Shown here: one piece after another, positions 14,355 to 27,800 of the stretch
Position numbering within the stretch: position 1 is the stretch's first letter
How the letters are laid out: every line of letters starts with the position of its first letter
Source: Phoronis australis
Taxonomy: Eukaryota; Animalia; Phoronida
Reading direction: 5' to 3'
Length of the DNA stretch: 64,000 bases
NCBI GenBank assembly: GCA_002633005.1
Contig: NMRA01000132.1
Coordinates: 664,882-728,881 of the forward strand
Made by a program: the position numbers and the translations under genes
The notes under the pieces: generated by a model
What the model saw: the letters and a program-made list of their open reading frames with translations, nothing else
Told to the model about the DNA's origin: nothing
The model's database searches: none

Positions 14355-15970
14355 TTGTCATTTGTTTGCGGGGTAGCATCCCAATGGATCGCTGGAATAG
14401 CCGTTGCAGATTGATGAATTTAGATGAGTATCACATACTTTTGCATTTTAGCTTATCACTACATCAGGAAATGCCTTAAAATTTGAGCCAGTGGTTGTGA
14501 TTAAATTTTGTGTTGCATAATTATTCATGTAATCCTGTGATAACTCCTCGTCAGAATTCTGTGATTGTATACATAGTATTTTCTCAGTTCTTGCTGTTGA
14601 GAATTTTACATATTTTCATCTAAGAAAATCTGGTGTCCAATGGAGTTATTAAGATACTTTTGCGTTGTGTGAATACATTTTAGATTTCGTCACCGAGTAT
14701 TTTAAACAGCACCTACATGTACTTTTATTGTTCAAGCTTTTGACTCATTTACTATTAATGATTTAATCCTTTTTATCCATTAATTAGCCACTAGGAAGGT
14801 TTGAAAGACTTTTAGACACGTGTGTCGTGGGATTTGCTATCGTGCATGTATAACATGTGTGTAACATTCTGTGTGCCTCTCTCATATCATAAGATTTTAG
14901 TGAGCACAGGTACAATGCATCAGTTATGTGCATGTGTTGGGAGGTATTTTGAAATGACCTTGCCTGCTCTGTGCGTCGGCATTCATTAAGATATGTTTGG
15001 TCATTGTTAGGGATGTATCTCAAAGAATGGTTGTATATTGGATAAAAATAGGTCTACGGATGGCTTAAAGCCTATCTTCAATGGTAACACCTGTAAATTT
15101 GGTTCCCTCAGTATGTTAAGAGCATTGCTTTGAGCCAACTAGTGCCATAATTTTGCCAAATGTAATGAACTGTTAGGCGTATTGGCTTGCTTTTGTCTAC
15201 GTCACCGCAAGAATCACCTTTTAATTCAAATAGCTGTGAATAACACCCACACGCAATGGTCACCCCTATTCAAAACAACTGTTATCGGCCTTTTGTTGTT
15301 TGTGCTGGGATCTCACGGTGACGCAACATGGCACGATAAGGCAGCTTCACCTGTTATTTGACGGGCTTACATTTGCGAGATTGAACTAGCGTGTTCTTTT
15401 ACTAAAGCTTTGCTAGGACTCTCTGGTTAGCCCAATACATCTAAAATAACAAAATTCCGTTGACATTTGGCTTTAACCTTTTTCACAAAATCAGACAGAG
15501 ACTAAAAGTTGGAAAATCTGTCTTAAACTCAAAGTTAAGACAGAAATCCGTAGCCAGCTGGGAGCAGACTAAAAGTCAAAGCCAATAGACAAAAAAAAAA
15601 CTTTGCTAGACTCTTGAAAAAACAGGCCCTTGGTCTTGGAATTAATTTATGACAACAAAAACGATAGTTACTGATTATCTGTATAAGTGTCCATGCTTTG
15701 CAAACAAATATTGCCTCACAGATTCAAGCTTCTAACCGGGGTTAACATCTTGGGTATAATGGTGTGTGTTAAAAAGTAATTGGACATCATGTCTTGTAGT
15801 CAAATCTTGAGTGCCAGTTTTGAATGGACTCGAGCTGATATTTAATACACGATATCGTAAAATATATCGTCAGTATTTGATTGTTAAAGCTCAATACATT
15901 TTCTGATACCACTCATTCAAGGACTCTTTTTAACTGATTTCAAAATTTTGTATCACGTGTCTCACTTTTT

Positions 15971-16235
15971 AAAATACAGAAAAATTAGGTCACATTCTGG
16001 AATTTGCTTACTTGAGTTAGCGACGTTGCGTCCGTCTCTCACGGACTTCATTTTGGGCAGTTGTGTTATTATCGTTCTGGCCAGTAGGTGGCGTTTTAAC
16101 CAGACGACGCGGCATCGATATCGGGACACTATCCCACAAGTGTGACGGATAAAATCTTAATCCACCCTGTTTATTCAGAGACGGATGCCATGTTGCTAAC
16201 TCAAGTAAGCAAATTTCAGTATTTTTCTGTATTTT
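15971..16235. mobile_element. Foldback MITE
   Basis: Arms aaaatacagaaaaat..ctggaatttgcttacttgagttagcgacg and catgttgctaactcaagtaagcaaatttcagtatttttctgtatttt are reverse complements. Confidence 0.65.
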
Positions 16236-16295
16236 GTTACCTCAACTGGATGTCTCATAACTTATACGCTTTTATGCCACATTCATAGTTGCATG

Positions 16296-16879
16296 CTCGC
16301 TGGTTCCCTGCGTGTTGCTAGGTGGTAGCCAGCACGCAGGTATCACTTAATTTTCCTCAGGAAATTTTTTACACCGGCGTTTTTGATTGGCTGGTCGAAT
16401 GTTCAACAGGCTACGCTTTACACAAACAAACTGGCATGACTGATGGAGGAAGCATAAATGTGGTCTGTTGTACAGACAAATCGGTGCTTAAAATTAGTGT
16501 TCAAGAAATGTGAATCCCAGAAAATTGCGGTTGCGCCTTTTCGGAGTGCATCCTTCTACTGTTGCTGACTTCTGTTTACGTTGCTGTCCTGTATTCATAT
16601 AGTATGAATAACACTAATTAAATTGGCCAGATGACAGCGTGCTTATTGTACATGTATGTGCTTCAACACGCAGCTATTAAAACATTAGGTCTACTGCAGA
16701 AAAAAATAGTTGCTGCTACCTCACTTGCATAACAAGGCTAAAAATCGTTCATAGTCCGCTATTTTCTCTTTTTCTTGTAAAGCTAACCAATGACTGCCAA
16801 GGTTACATCAACCAGTGATAAAGCGCATTCTACTACCTACGTGCTGGCGACCACCTAGCAGCACGCAAGGAACCACAAG
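16296..16879. mobile_element. MULE/Mutator-like non-autonomous element
   Basis: About 45-bp imperfect TIRs (tggttccctgcgtgttgctaggtggtagccagcacgcaggta / tacctacgtgctggcgaccacctagcagcacgcaaggaacca), flanked by the 9-bp direct repeat AGTTGCATG (16287-16295 and 16880-16888). Confidence 0.7.
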
Positions 16880-18070
16880 AGTTGCATGTTGCCTATAACA
16901 AAGATACCTTTTGAAATCCACACAGCTTTGCACTACAATCAACATTACTCACTTTGTCAGAATATTCTCTAAAGTTGCTTTTACAACTGTTGTTACTAAT
17001 TACGTGTGAAATGTAAATTTTAAATATTGTCCGTACCATTCGTGTCTACTTCACTACTTTGATAATAAGATAATAGGGCACAATTACTACAATTGCTTCA
17101 TTTCTAAAATCGATCCATTTGCACCAACCCTGTGCTTACTTTGGCCATATACAAATACCCGGTAGGCTAAAGGTTGCAGTAAATAGACTAATAGATTTTA
17201 CCACGATAAGTGGAACTTGCAGGCTAATTCCTTATCTCTGTGATTGTTTGGCCAAATTAGTTAAACACAACATATAGCGGTGATGGAAATATGAAGTAAG
17301 TTGAAAATTGCTAAATGTTTTTAAGAATGAGTTTTGTGGTGAAAAATGATCCACCGCAAATCACTGAACCGTGTCCAATAAATGTGATGTGGTGCTGGGG
17401 GAATAACACTGCGATGCCATGAGGTACGTCATAAGTACACACGTCACCGATTTGCAGAATTTTTTGTTTTCACATTTACAAGTTGTCATTGAATACAACT
17501 GCACTATGTTTAGTGTAGATTATGTTAAAATAGCATTGTCGTTTAGTTCCTGCTATACATTAGCATAATTAGGAGCCTGCAAATACATTTTTAAAGCCAT
17601 CTTAAAATGCTGTGAATTGTTTTTTGTCATTGGATTATTATGAAACTTACAGTGTAAGATACACACTCATTGTTTTATATTTTAAAATAACACCGTACAT
17701 TAAAGGGGAACGTAACCATTATTTATGTTGGATTTAGTAAAAAGTTCCATAATTATCATGGAGATACATTTCCATGTTAATTATAGAAGCAATAGTATGT
17801 GACATGAATGGCCAAGTAACAGGTCCGCATCTTAGTTCTGCATTCACTGCCATAGACAACAATATCCTAGTGATTATTGAACAGTCTTTGTCGAATCAGA
17901 ATCATTTTGAAATTGATTCGATTAAACATCGACCTAGTGGCCATTGCATCAATAGCAATTTGATAAGTAAAAGGCCAACAGAAATTTCTTTAAAAAAGTT
18001 GGGAAATGTCCAAAAACTTTTCTTTCAGTCTCCCCATATGTAATTCTTAACTGGTGTGGAAATGTGTATC

Positions 18071-18230
18071 ATTCCCAAACATTTTTAAGTCTGGTCAGCG
18101 CGCCACCTGTTGGCCACATCACGTGACCTAATGAATATAAGTCTGAAAAGATTTCTGCCCCAACCAGAACTCTAACCCAGGACCTTCTGTAAACCATGCA
18201 GACGCTCTAGATGACTGAGCCATCGGGACC
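18071..18230 (-). mobile_element. Degenerate tRNA-derived SINE-like repeat
   Basis: Minus strand reads ggtcccgatggctcagt (A-box-like) ... gggttagagttc (degenerate B-box). The body cttttcagactta..ttcattaggtc..tgatgtgg.caacaggtggcg recurs on + at about 50829-50910. Confidence 0.55.
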
Positions 18231-18834
18231 ACTGGTCTGGATTACCATACTTGGTCATAAAGAATGGCCAAGTACCCAGCTTGCCAATCTGCAAGTTTTG
18301 CAATGCTTAAAAGTATCAAATGGTTTAGTTGCTGAAAGGCATGTTTGATAGCGATCTTGGTGAAGACTGTGTTTGTAGCAGAGCCTCTCTCTATTTGTTT
18401 TTTCTCGGAAACCTCGCAGGTGTGATGATTTCCTCGCTGAGACATCTCTGTTTTTCTTCACTGACAACATAATGAGAGATTTTCAATTAGCAATGTGGCA
18501 GCTGATGCTGTAGGACTGGATACCAGTGACATCTAGAGGATAAGGAGGCACTTTATAACTTTTGTTTAAAACGCATCACGTCTAATCACATGCATTGTAA
18601 AAAGAGTTTTTTCACGAAGACAACTTGTTCCCCAGTGCCACCCACTGTGAAGACGAAGAACCTCCTGGTACAGCTAGGTGGCTATATGAGTCACCAGTTC
18701 CAAATGTTCAGTCACAATTGCTTCGTGAAATTCTCCCATTCAACACCTATGAAACAACATAAACCAAATGCTTCATAATACCATTTTAATGACATACAAA
18801 TATAATTATTTTCATAAAATTCACACAAATGCAG

Positions 18835-21800
18835 TTAACGTCCTTTTCTTTTCCCCTTTTTTCCACTTTTTAAATTCCTTTTTTCTCTCATGTTGTCCTT
18901 TTTCATTCTTGGGTCAACAACTCTGAAACGTCCTTTGACCCCAGCTGGTCGTGAAACGCGTTTACCACTTGCCCTCTTGGCCACAACGTACTGTACTTCA
19001 GGTTTTTTCTCCTTCATCAACCCAGCTTTCTTGTATATCCTGCAATATTCAATGACCATTGAAATTCCAAAATTAAGGATGGTTTCTCCATTTCAGACAC
19101 AAAAACTCACAGAAAGGTGTATTTTCACATCTTAGGCAAAAAACTCAGATTTCTTCCAAAATTACAGAAGTGGCCCACAAGTTAGAAGGACCTCAATGTG
19201 TCCCAAATTAATGAGTGTTTACTGAAGATTAGAGGACGTGATTTAGAACACCAAAAACACCCTTTCAACAAAATGCAAACAAATTTTGCACTTATTCATT
19301 TAATGGTGACGAGGATTCCACTGAACAACGGAAAAACGTCATGCACATTCCCAGCTATTTGAGCTTACATCACCAGCTCAAAATGACTATAGGTGGAGCC
19401 ATCTTCACTTGGGACTTGAGTCGTTACACAAAGTATTTTGTATTGTTAAAACGAAGACACTCACTGTCGTATCTGCTGCATTTTTTCCTTGTCCGTGACG
19501 TCAACAGCGTCTGATATGACTTCAGCTTTCTTGCGAGCTCTTTCTAACCTTTTGGCTGCCTACAACAAATTAACATCAAAATAAATTTGAGGCAGGTAGA
19601 CATGAAATCTTTGAAGAAGAGCTTGTTGACCAATAAGAGGGATCTCGTAAGTGACTCCTGGGTTTCGTAAAGTGCGCCCCAACAGTGGCCAGCGCACATC
19701 TGATACACCTCAAGTCAGGCCACTTGTCCACTCTCTGTAATAGACAACCTGCGTCAAAAAACTATCTTTCTGCTTTCATCAGGAGCAAATGCTTGTGGGC
19801 CAAGATGGAGGATAATCGTAGTGTTTCAATTATCCTGCGCCGTAATCGACTGGAATTAATAACTTGACTGACATGTCAAAACCATGCATTGCTTTAAGAC
19901 ATAACATTAAACTTTAGTACAAATAATGTAATTTCAATAGAGTATAAGTTTGAAGTTGAAGCGCAGCCTACCTTGCGCTTCTTCCTGCCTTTAGCCTCCG
20001 CTACTTTCTTGATGGGTCGAGCATTGATCGCTTTCATTCTGTCTTTATATTCCTCTACTTCTTCCTGAAACAAGCAAGGGGAGATTACTAATAAAAAACA
20101 CTCGACCAACCAATTTGTAACAACCAATAATCATTTTGTTTGCTGAGTGGAAATCTAAAAAGTCTGAATATCAACACACATCCACTGGCCAAAGATAGAT
20201 TCTGCTGTGTCTTCAAATTAGCAAGGTGTGAGAATTAAACTAAGCAATGAAGGAAAACAATAAGTCAGCACCACCCTTCCAGTTACCCATTCACACAAAG
20301 ATATCCCACTAACAACAATGACGAGCATTTTGCCTCAGGGAGACCAAACTGTCCCCCACCACCTTGGGATGCTCACATTTTTAAGCCTATAATATTACGT
20401 GGTAATGAAATTATGTGTAAAATAAGCCGGGTGAATACCCTTGCTTTACCTCCAACACCTAAACAAAAATCTTCAAATGAGAAAATTTTGCTTCAAAAGT
20501 GAACCTCACACAGAGCATGACTAACAGTCATGTAGCTTCAACACTTCTCTCTATGAACTTGAAAATGCTCAATTTTCCACTGACAGTTAACAAATTGATA
20601 TTTTTGTCATCACTATAGTGCTGATAGTTTTATAATTGCTATGGGCATGCAGCAGTGTTTGCGTAACCCTAATGGGCAATCACAGAACTATCAGAACTGA
20701 GAAAGTCACAATCAAGTGCTAACATACAACACCGTACTGTAATGGTTTCAGTTCCTGGTTTCAGTACTAACCCATTTACTGCTACATCTTCTAACAACGT
20801 TTCCAAACTGCTTACAGAACCAGCAAGTCCCAAAGCTGTACGGTAAAATATAATACTGTGTCAGCACTCAAAGCAACCCGCAAGTACCGACAACATGGCG
20901 TACCTTAGTCACTGGTAAATTTCTCCGCATGAACTTGGTCTCCTCCTTGGTGAACCACTCTGGAAGATTCTCATCGTTGAATGTATACCTGCAAACAGAA
21001 CCGTCCCTGACTTCAAGGTCGCTTGTCAAGGTCACTCGCCAACAGGTACACAGATGAAGCTTACAGAAACCAGACCGCTCCCTCTTGCAGGGGTACTTCT
21101 ATATCCCATTACTCAGTCAATGAACACCAAAAGGGCAAGCTTAAGTAACGGCTGCTGTCATTAACCATTCACGCAAACTGAGCACACAACCTCACATTGG
21201 CAATTTGTTACAAATTTTCATTGAATAATACAAAACGCTAGATGTACTTTGGTATACAAAAACATAGCTTTATTCAGCTGAAATTGAATATTGAAATTTG
21301 TGCTTTTGTTTGTTAAATTTCTCTTTTGCATGAAAGTCTGTAGTTGTCTAATATACTCTTGGTAAGGGTCATCAACAATGCAACTACTGACGCCACCTAT
21401 GGGATGCGCAATCTATGGTTTGGACGAAACAAAATCGTGACTTAAAAATTATTTATATTCCACATTTGAAAGCAAACCTTTGGCGTTTTGAAATTAAACT
21501 ATGAAAGCAAACATCAGTTAGTTGGAGTTGGTGTTTATGTGATCATGGGCCTTACATCACTGTTTGAAAATTACAATTTTGACCAAAGAGTTTTTCTTCG
21601 AGCCAACAAAAATACAGGAAACACCTAAAAAATATTGAAACATGCATAGAAAAAATACCGAAGGCATAACTTTAGGGTAGGTATCTCTGAGTAAGTTGTC
21701 AAATTAAAAGATTAACTTGCATCAACATCCACACATAAGATGGAGCCATAATAAACTACCTGTTAAATCCCTCGTCAATAATGTCCCTTCTACGTTTCCT

Positions 21801-24800
21801 TGACGACGCCATGGCAGCGCCAATAGCTAGACTTTCTGCATCTAGTTTGGTCTTCTTTAAACCTTGAAGATGAAAAAAAGAAGTCGCTCTAATCACAGCT
21901 AAGAAGCAAACACCTGACTTAGACCTTGCCAGAAATGAATCTCAATACCACACTCGTGCCAGTCAATATCGCAACAATTTACACCTGTATGCAATATTAG
22001 GAGCTTATGTAAAGAAACACACGTCTCAATGATTCAACTTGACTTGGAAACAAACCTTCAAAGATTAAGAAAAGAACAACTATGATAAAGGGTATTCTAA
22101 GAGTTGTGAAAACAACCAGAATCTCTTCTTACCAGATAAACTACTAAGTTTCCCAGAAATCAATTTATAAGAATAGTTAAAGTATTTAGAGAGCAAACCA
22201 TGCACGTTTGATAGTGCTGAAACAGTTTTGCAAAGATGGCAACTGAAGAACCCTCATTACTACAATCTTTGGCAGTGAGAAAACTTTAAACACCCACCAG
22301 AGGTCCCTGCCGGCACAATTTCAAAACCGTCTTTCTTCTGACCCAGCTTCGATTTCTTTACACCCTTTTGGCCGGTCATTACATCACGTGCGTCCAAATC
22401 GTTTGCTGCGTCCGAATCACTGTCCGAGTCCGTTTCGTCACTACTTTCACTAGCGTGACCTGAATCACTATTGTTACTGTTGCTCGTAGTGACGTCCTTC
22501 ACCTTGTTGGCTTTACTCTCTTCCAGTTGTGATATTCTGTCTTTAGCTTTGGATTTGCCTGAATCGTGTAAATTTTAAACATTTTATAAGCATTTTAGAC
22601 AGAATAATCGTAATATTTACACTTTTTTATAGGCTGACAAACTGCACGCCTTCTTAAAAACACATTATGCAGCCCATTGAGTTTGAATAAAACTGTAAAG
22701 TACCATAAATTATTTTATAAAGTGGTACCACAAATGATGTTACCAACGTTGGAATTGTAACAAGCATTCGTCATAGGGTAATTGAATAAAAGAAGTCTGA
22801 TGAAGATACAGTTTTTACACAATAACTTGCTGCTCTGCTGCTTCACATTATTGTTTTTTTTTCTACATACAACCAAACCTCTGGAAATCGGTCTCGCATT
22901 ATTTCTAGGTTCTCATTCACTCCCTTAACATACATTCACTAGTAAGACCGAGCTCAGAGGAACAGTGGACGCCTTTACGCAATGTTCGACTATCTGCCAG
23001 TGTTAGCCAGGATTTGATCACAGATCTCCCTAACAGCAGTTTGGTGCTCAAACAACTAAGCCACAGTCTCCTCTTCATCACTTGGGCATTAAGTCTATCC
23101 TAAGTGACACTCTTCATCACTTGGGCATTAAGTCTATCCTAAGTGACACTCTTCATTACTTGGGCATTAAGTCTATCCTAAGTAACACTCTTCATCACTT
23201 GGGCATTAAGTCTATCCTAAGTGACACTCTTCATTACTTGGGCATTAAGTCTATCCTAAGTGACACTCTTCATTACTTGGGCATTAAGTCTATCCTAAGT
23301 GACACTCTTGATCACTCACCTTGAATGCTGCCTCCTTTTTTCATGTAATCTTCCGTCATCGTTTCAATCTCTAAATCTTCATCCGCATCGTTCTCAAGAT
23401 CAGCAAATACATCCTGAAAAATACACAACAGCCAGAAGGCCATGAAACAGACTAAGCAATGACTCTTGTTTTCATAATGAGTAGCCAGAAAACAAGACAG
23501 CTGGAATACAAGTAAGAGGCCACATTACAAAGACCAAGTGAACCGACATTTCAAATTACTGGTCTTATATTGTCACTAATAGTTTGTACAAACCTTTTCA
23601 AGATAAGTTGCAGTTGTTGTTAAAATTGACCACTGATGACGGAATGCAATATGTTGAAACATTTTAACATGACTGGCATAACCAACACAGCACTTTCATA
23701 CACTTTTCATACTCTCGTAATATGATTATGTAATATGTAAACAACCCAAGCTTAATAGAGAGCAAAAAGGTAAATTCCTACTTTTTCAAACCACATCTCA
23801 GTTTTCCGTTTTGCTTTCAAATCCTTTTCCTCCAAATCCACAAGTAATGGATTAGATTTTTCATCGCCACCTTCATCTCTGAAATGACATAAGAGAGTTG
23901 GCAAAACTACCAATTAATGATTGTTGACTGCACACAACTCATCAGATTATTATACCAGGGTAGACATTATATACAACATGAAAATGGTCAGATAACATCT
24001 GTTAGGGATATGTCAGAAAACAAAATTTTGTGCACTCCCCTTCTAGTGATATAACTTTTGTTGGTGACATTTTATGGCAAACCTTTACTCAAAAGCTCCA
24101 TTCCACGAACCTGCTTCATAGTCCAACCTCAGATTTGTAAAAGTTTCTGAGTATCTCTACTTTCACTGGTCACCAATAGACATTTTGCACCACCTGACCA
24201 AACCACCATGACCTATTTATGAACTTCGATTATGCACAGTATTTAGTTTTTTGAAATGATTGTACATTCGTTACAAATGTAAGTATGACAATAAAAAACT
24301 CATAAAGTATCAAACAGGAGCGCTGGGAGGAGCGACACTTGGTAGAATTAATCGAAAAGACGACGATGGGGAGGACGACGACAATCATGACGATCAAAGC
24401 AGCAATTATGAATAACACAATAACATTCATGTGACTAGCGAAGAAATCAAATAGAGAGCATACAATCAACTACAATAAAGAACAATAGATGGCGCAACAT
24501 GACGGACGAGCCATGCTTTGTTCCCACATTCCAAAGTAGGTGGCGCTATGTGACAGTCTGCAGAGAAAAGTTATGTTTACAATAAGTATTTGGCATGGAA
24601 TTCCAGTCTACAGCAGGACAGTGCTGGCTAGGTCAGTCGGGGTCAACTAGGCATAACCAAAACAAAGTGAACTGAAAGCCAGCCAGCTGGGTCCTTGCAT
24701 AGGTGACCGAATTGGAACAACGGTATCCGAAAATCTCGAATCATTCAAAAAGTAGACGTCGTAGCGCAAAATGGAAAATATTTTCTGGAAGCCCGTTCAC

Positions 24801-27800
24801 AACTCTATCTAAAGTGATAGTTTGGCAAAAATCAAAAACATTTTCGAAAAAATTCATTGAAAATTTGCCGTTTTTTTTGAAATTCAAAGTCAAATAACTC
24901 GAAAACGGTAAGTCTGAGAAATACGCTCTCGCAGACTTTTTGAAAAGCCATACTTGAAGGAATCCACATGCAAGAATTCACGTCATTTGCTCTTCCCGCT
25001 AAAAACGCGACAGCAGAACGATTGAAACCGTGTGAACATGCGCCACAGCCACCATCTTGAAAGTGACTTCCGGTTCAATAAACTTTTACAAAAGCTTATT
25101 AAACTCAACAAACACGTGACCAGTTTGAAAGTGATTTGGTTTGCAAATGCGCCCTCTACAGGTAAAACATTTTTTTGGCCATATTTCGGGGTGCGCATGC
25201 GCCACTTCCAATATTTCCGCCATCTTTGACCGGAAGTCAACGATTTTCAGCACACTTGTAGCACTTGCGTTCTTGTATAATAGTAACGATTCTCAGCCAT
25301 GTACGTCGAGCATTTGAGTGTGAAATCGGATACAAAATGGCCGCCACGTCTGCCATTTTGTATCCGATCATGACCAAAAACAATAGGCTTCCAGGAGTTT
25401 CGGATCTACACGTCGTGCGCAAATTTCATGAAAATCGGACGAAAATTGCGACCTGTAGAGTGCAAACAAACAAAAAAAACTTGCTGTCAGACCTACATAC
25501 TTGGTGGAAGAATTCCGCCAAGTAATCACTCAGCCAAAAACAAACTTTTAATAATATTCACATTTTGAAATTACATGAATGGGATGAAGAAAATGACAGT
25601 AAAGGGCACTAACCCAGAATCTTCATCACTGTTTTCATCATTGTCCTCCCCATCATCATCATCACTCTCATCACCAAATCCAGCTTCCTTGTCACTGTCA
25701 TCATCTTCATCCTCATCACTATTATCGCCACCACCGTCATCACTCTCAAATTCAAGATGGCTGCTGTCATCCCTTGAGTAGCCGGTAGTGAGCTTCCTTT
25801 TCCTGATCAAAGCGCCATCTATCTCCTCATCATCTGATGACTCATCTAACATTTCTCCCTTGTCAACACAAGCCTGTTGCTGCAAGATCAAAAGAATAGC
25901 ATATGCCAAAAATATTGATATTATATAAAATAAAGTAACACAAAATAATTTCATACAGAATTTTGAGGATACTTCTAATAAAAACACAGAGAGACCATTT
26001 TAACAGAGACCATTTTAAGCTAAGTATTTTGGCGTGGAACTTCTTTAAATTAAAATTTTAGCAAAGCCAGCAGGCGTTCTTTTCCAACTAATTACACTGG
26101 AGTTCCAAATGTTTACCCTGGTGGTCTCCAGTAACAGTGTTTGCCTTTGAAGACCTCCAGCTTATACATACAAGACATAATTTGTTTTCATTATACTATA
26201 CTAATTGTGTTTAAATTAATAAATGCGACACATCTCTCATCAAAGTAGAAGAGCTTAAAACCGTCATTTGTCTTATTTTGACAACTGACTACATTGTCAG
26301 CATCACTAAACCTTCTTTTAGAGCACCGAATTTCAAAATTGTGAATTCAGTATTCCAAAAACGATAAAACAGAAGAGAAGCGAATTCAGGTGAAAGTGTC
26401 TTAGCTCCATGAACACGAATGTGACGTACGAACATACCACGCACTAGTATGTCGTGTCCTCCAACACGCGAGAGTCTTGTACATACATATGCCACATCCG
26501 TGCTTCTCCAATGTCCCGTGGGTGAGTGAAGAGTCACAGCATGGTCGACCACCACAAATGCTATTCCTTATTATATGATTAACCACGGACAAATGAGCTG
26601 CAATATCTGACAACTTTTCACACTAAACGTTATGGGGGATGACTAGTGCTGCGATAGGATGTCCCAATTTTACGTAGTATGTATCGACCAATAAGATCGA
26701 GATCATCTAATGAATACATCATTAGATAGTGTTCACGAGTGTTCTAAGTTGACAGCTAATCGACTGGCGCAGTTGTTTTTTGGGTGTTTTTGATATACAA
26801 ATGGTGATTTTAAGCCCTTTTAAGTTATATCTGTACTTGGCATTCTGCCAGACTGTTACCATACCTCCTTCTTCTTGATCTGGTTCAGGTCAAACAAGTT
26901 AATGTCGTCCGATACCTCCAACCTGTCACCAGGGATCACCATACTCATACTCATCTTCTGCTGAAGCTTGGCCTTCTCTTTGCGCACTTTCTTGATTTTC
27001 CTACAGCAAATCACCGTTTGATGTTAGCCTGCACACTTTCTCAACAAAATGTATTAACAAAACAGAATTAATACAATTACAGAGTAGTGCATCATGGGTG
27101 AAGTGATACTACAGACTTGTGCTGCATCACGAAGGAATGTGACCAGCAAGTACATTGTTAAAGTACTGTTACCCAACGAGTCCTGCAGCTTGGATAGCAG
27201 ATAAGACGTTTGATTTTTTATGATTAATTGATTGAAGTTATCCCTACAGAGGGCGCTAGCATAGTTACTCTTCTTCATTGTTAGTGTACTTATTTAACAA
27301 CAGGTTTCACTTGCATTGATTAGTGGTTATTAAATAATAAAGTAATTACTGGATTTAATCATTCTCTCCCCATCCATGCATAATCACAAAGCATAGCTAC
27401 CTTTTAAACTAAACCCACAGTCCACTTCTGACAAACGCCATACCATCAATACAAAAGGAATGACAGTATTTTTGATGACCAAATAACACTCTCTGAATGT
27501 GGTTTTAGACATTCTTGGTACCATTCCTATGTTAGTAAGTTTCAGTGTTAGACGTACAAAGGCCCAAAGGTGATGAGGTCATGGTAAATGGACGCTTTCA
27601 GTAGGTAGCCAATCACAACAACTGAATCTACTGAACAGTCAAGTCCTCAACACGGATCAGGATCTCACATCAAAACTTAAGACTTGACCCAGGCTCGTGA
27701 TATTTGTAAATTATATTAATTTACTCAAAGCAGCCCTGCAGCTGGTTAATTTGCGAGTCGAATTTTCAGTAGATATTAGTTCCCTGGGTCAGATGTCTCT

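Noticed and set aside
18150-18230. Functional tRNA gene
   Set aside because: Degenerate B box and stems, and fused to a body repeated elsewhere, so SINE-like.
20664-20672. TAACCCTAA as a telomerase RNA template
   Set aside because: An isolated 9-mer with no pseudoknot or H/ACA context evident; expected by chance.
23072-23309. 39-bp repeats as a CRISPR array
   Set aside because: Units are contiguous with no spacers, there are no cas genes, and the context is a eukaryotic intron.
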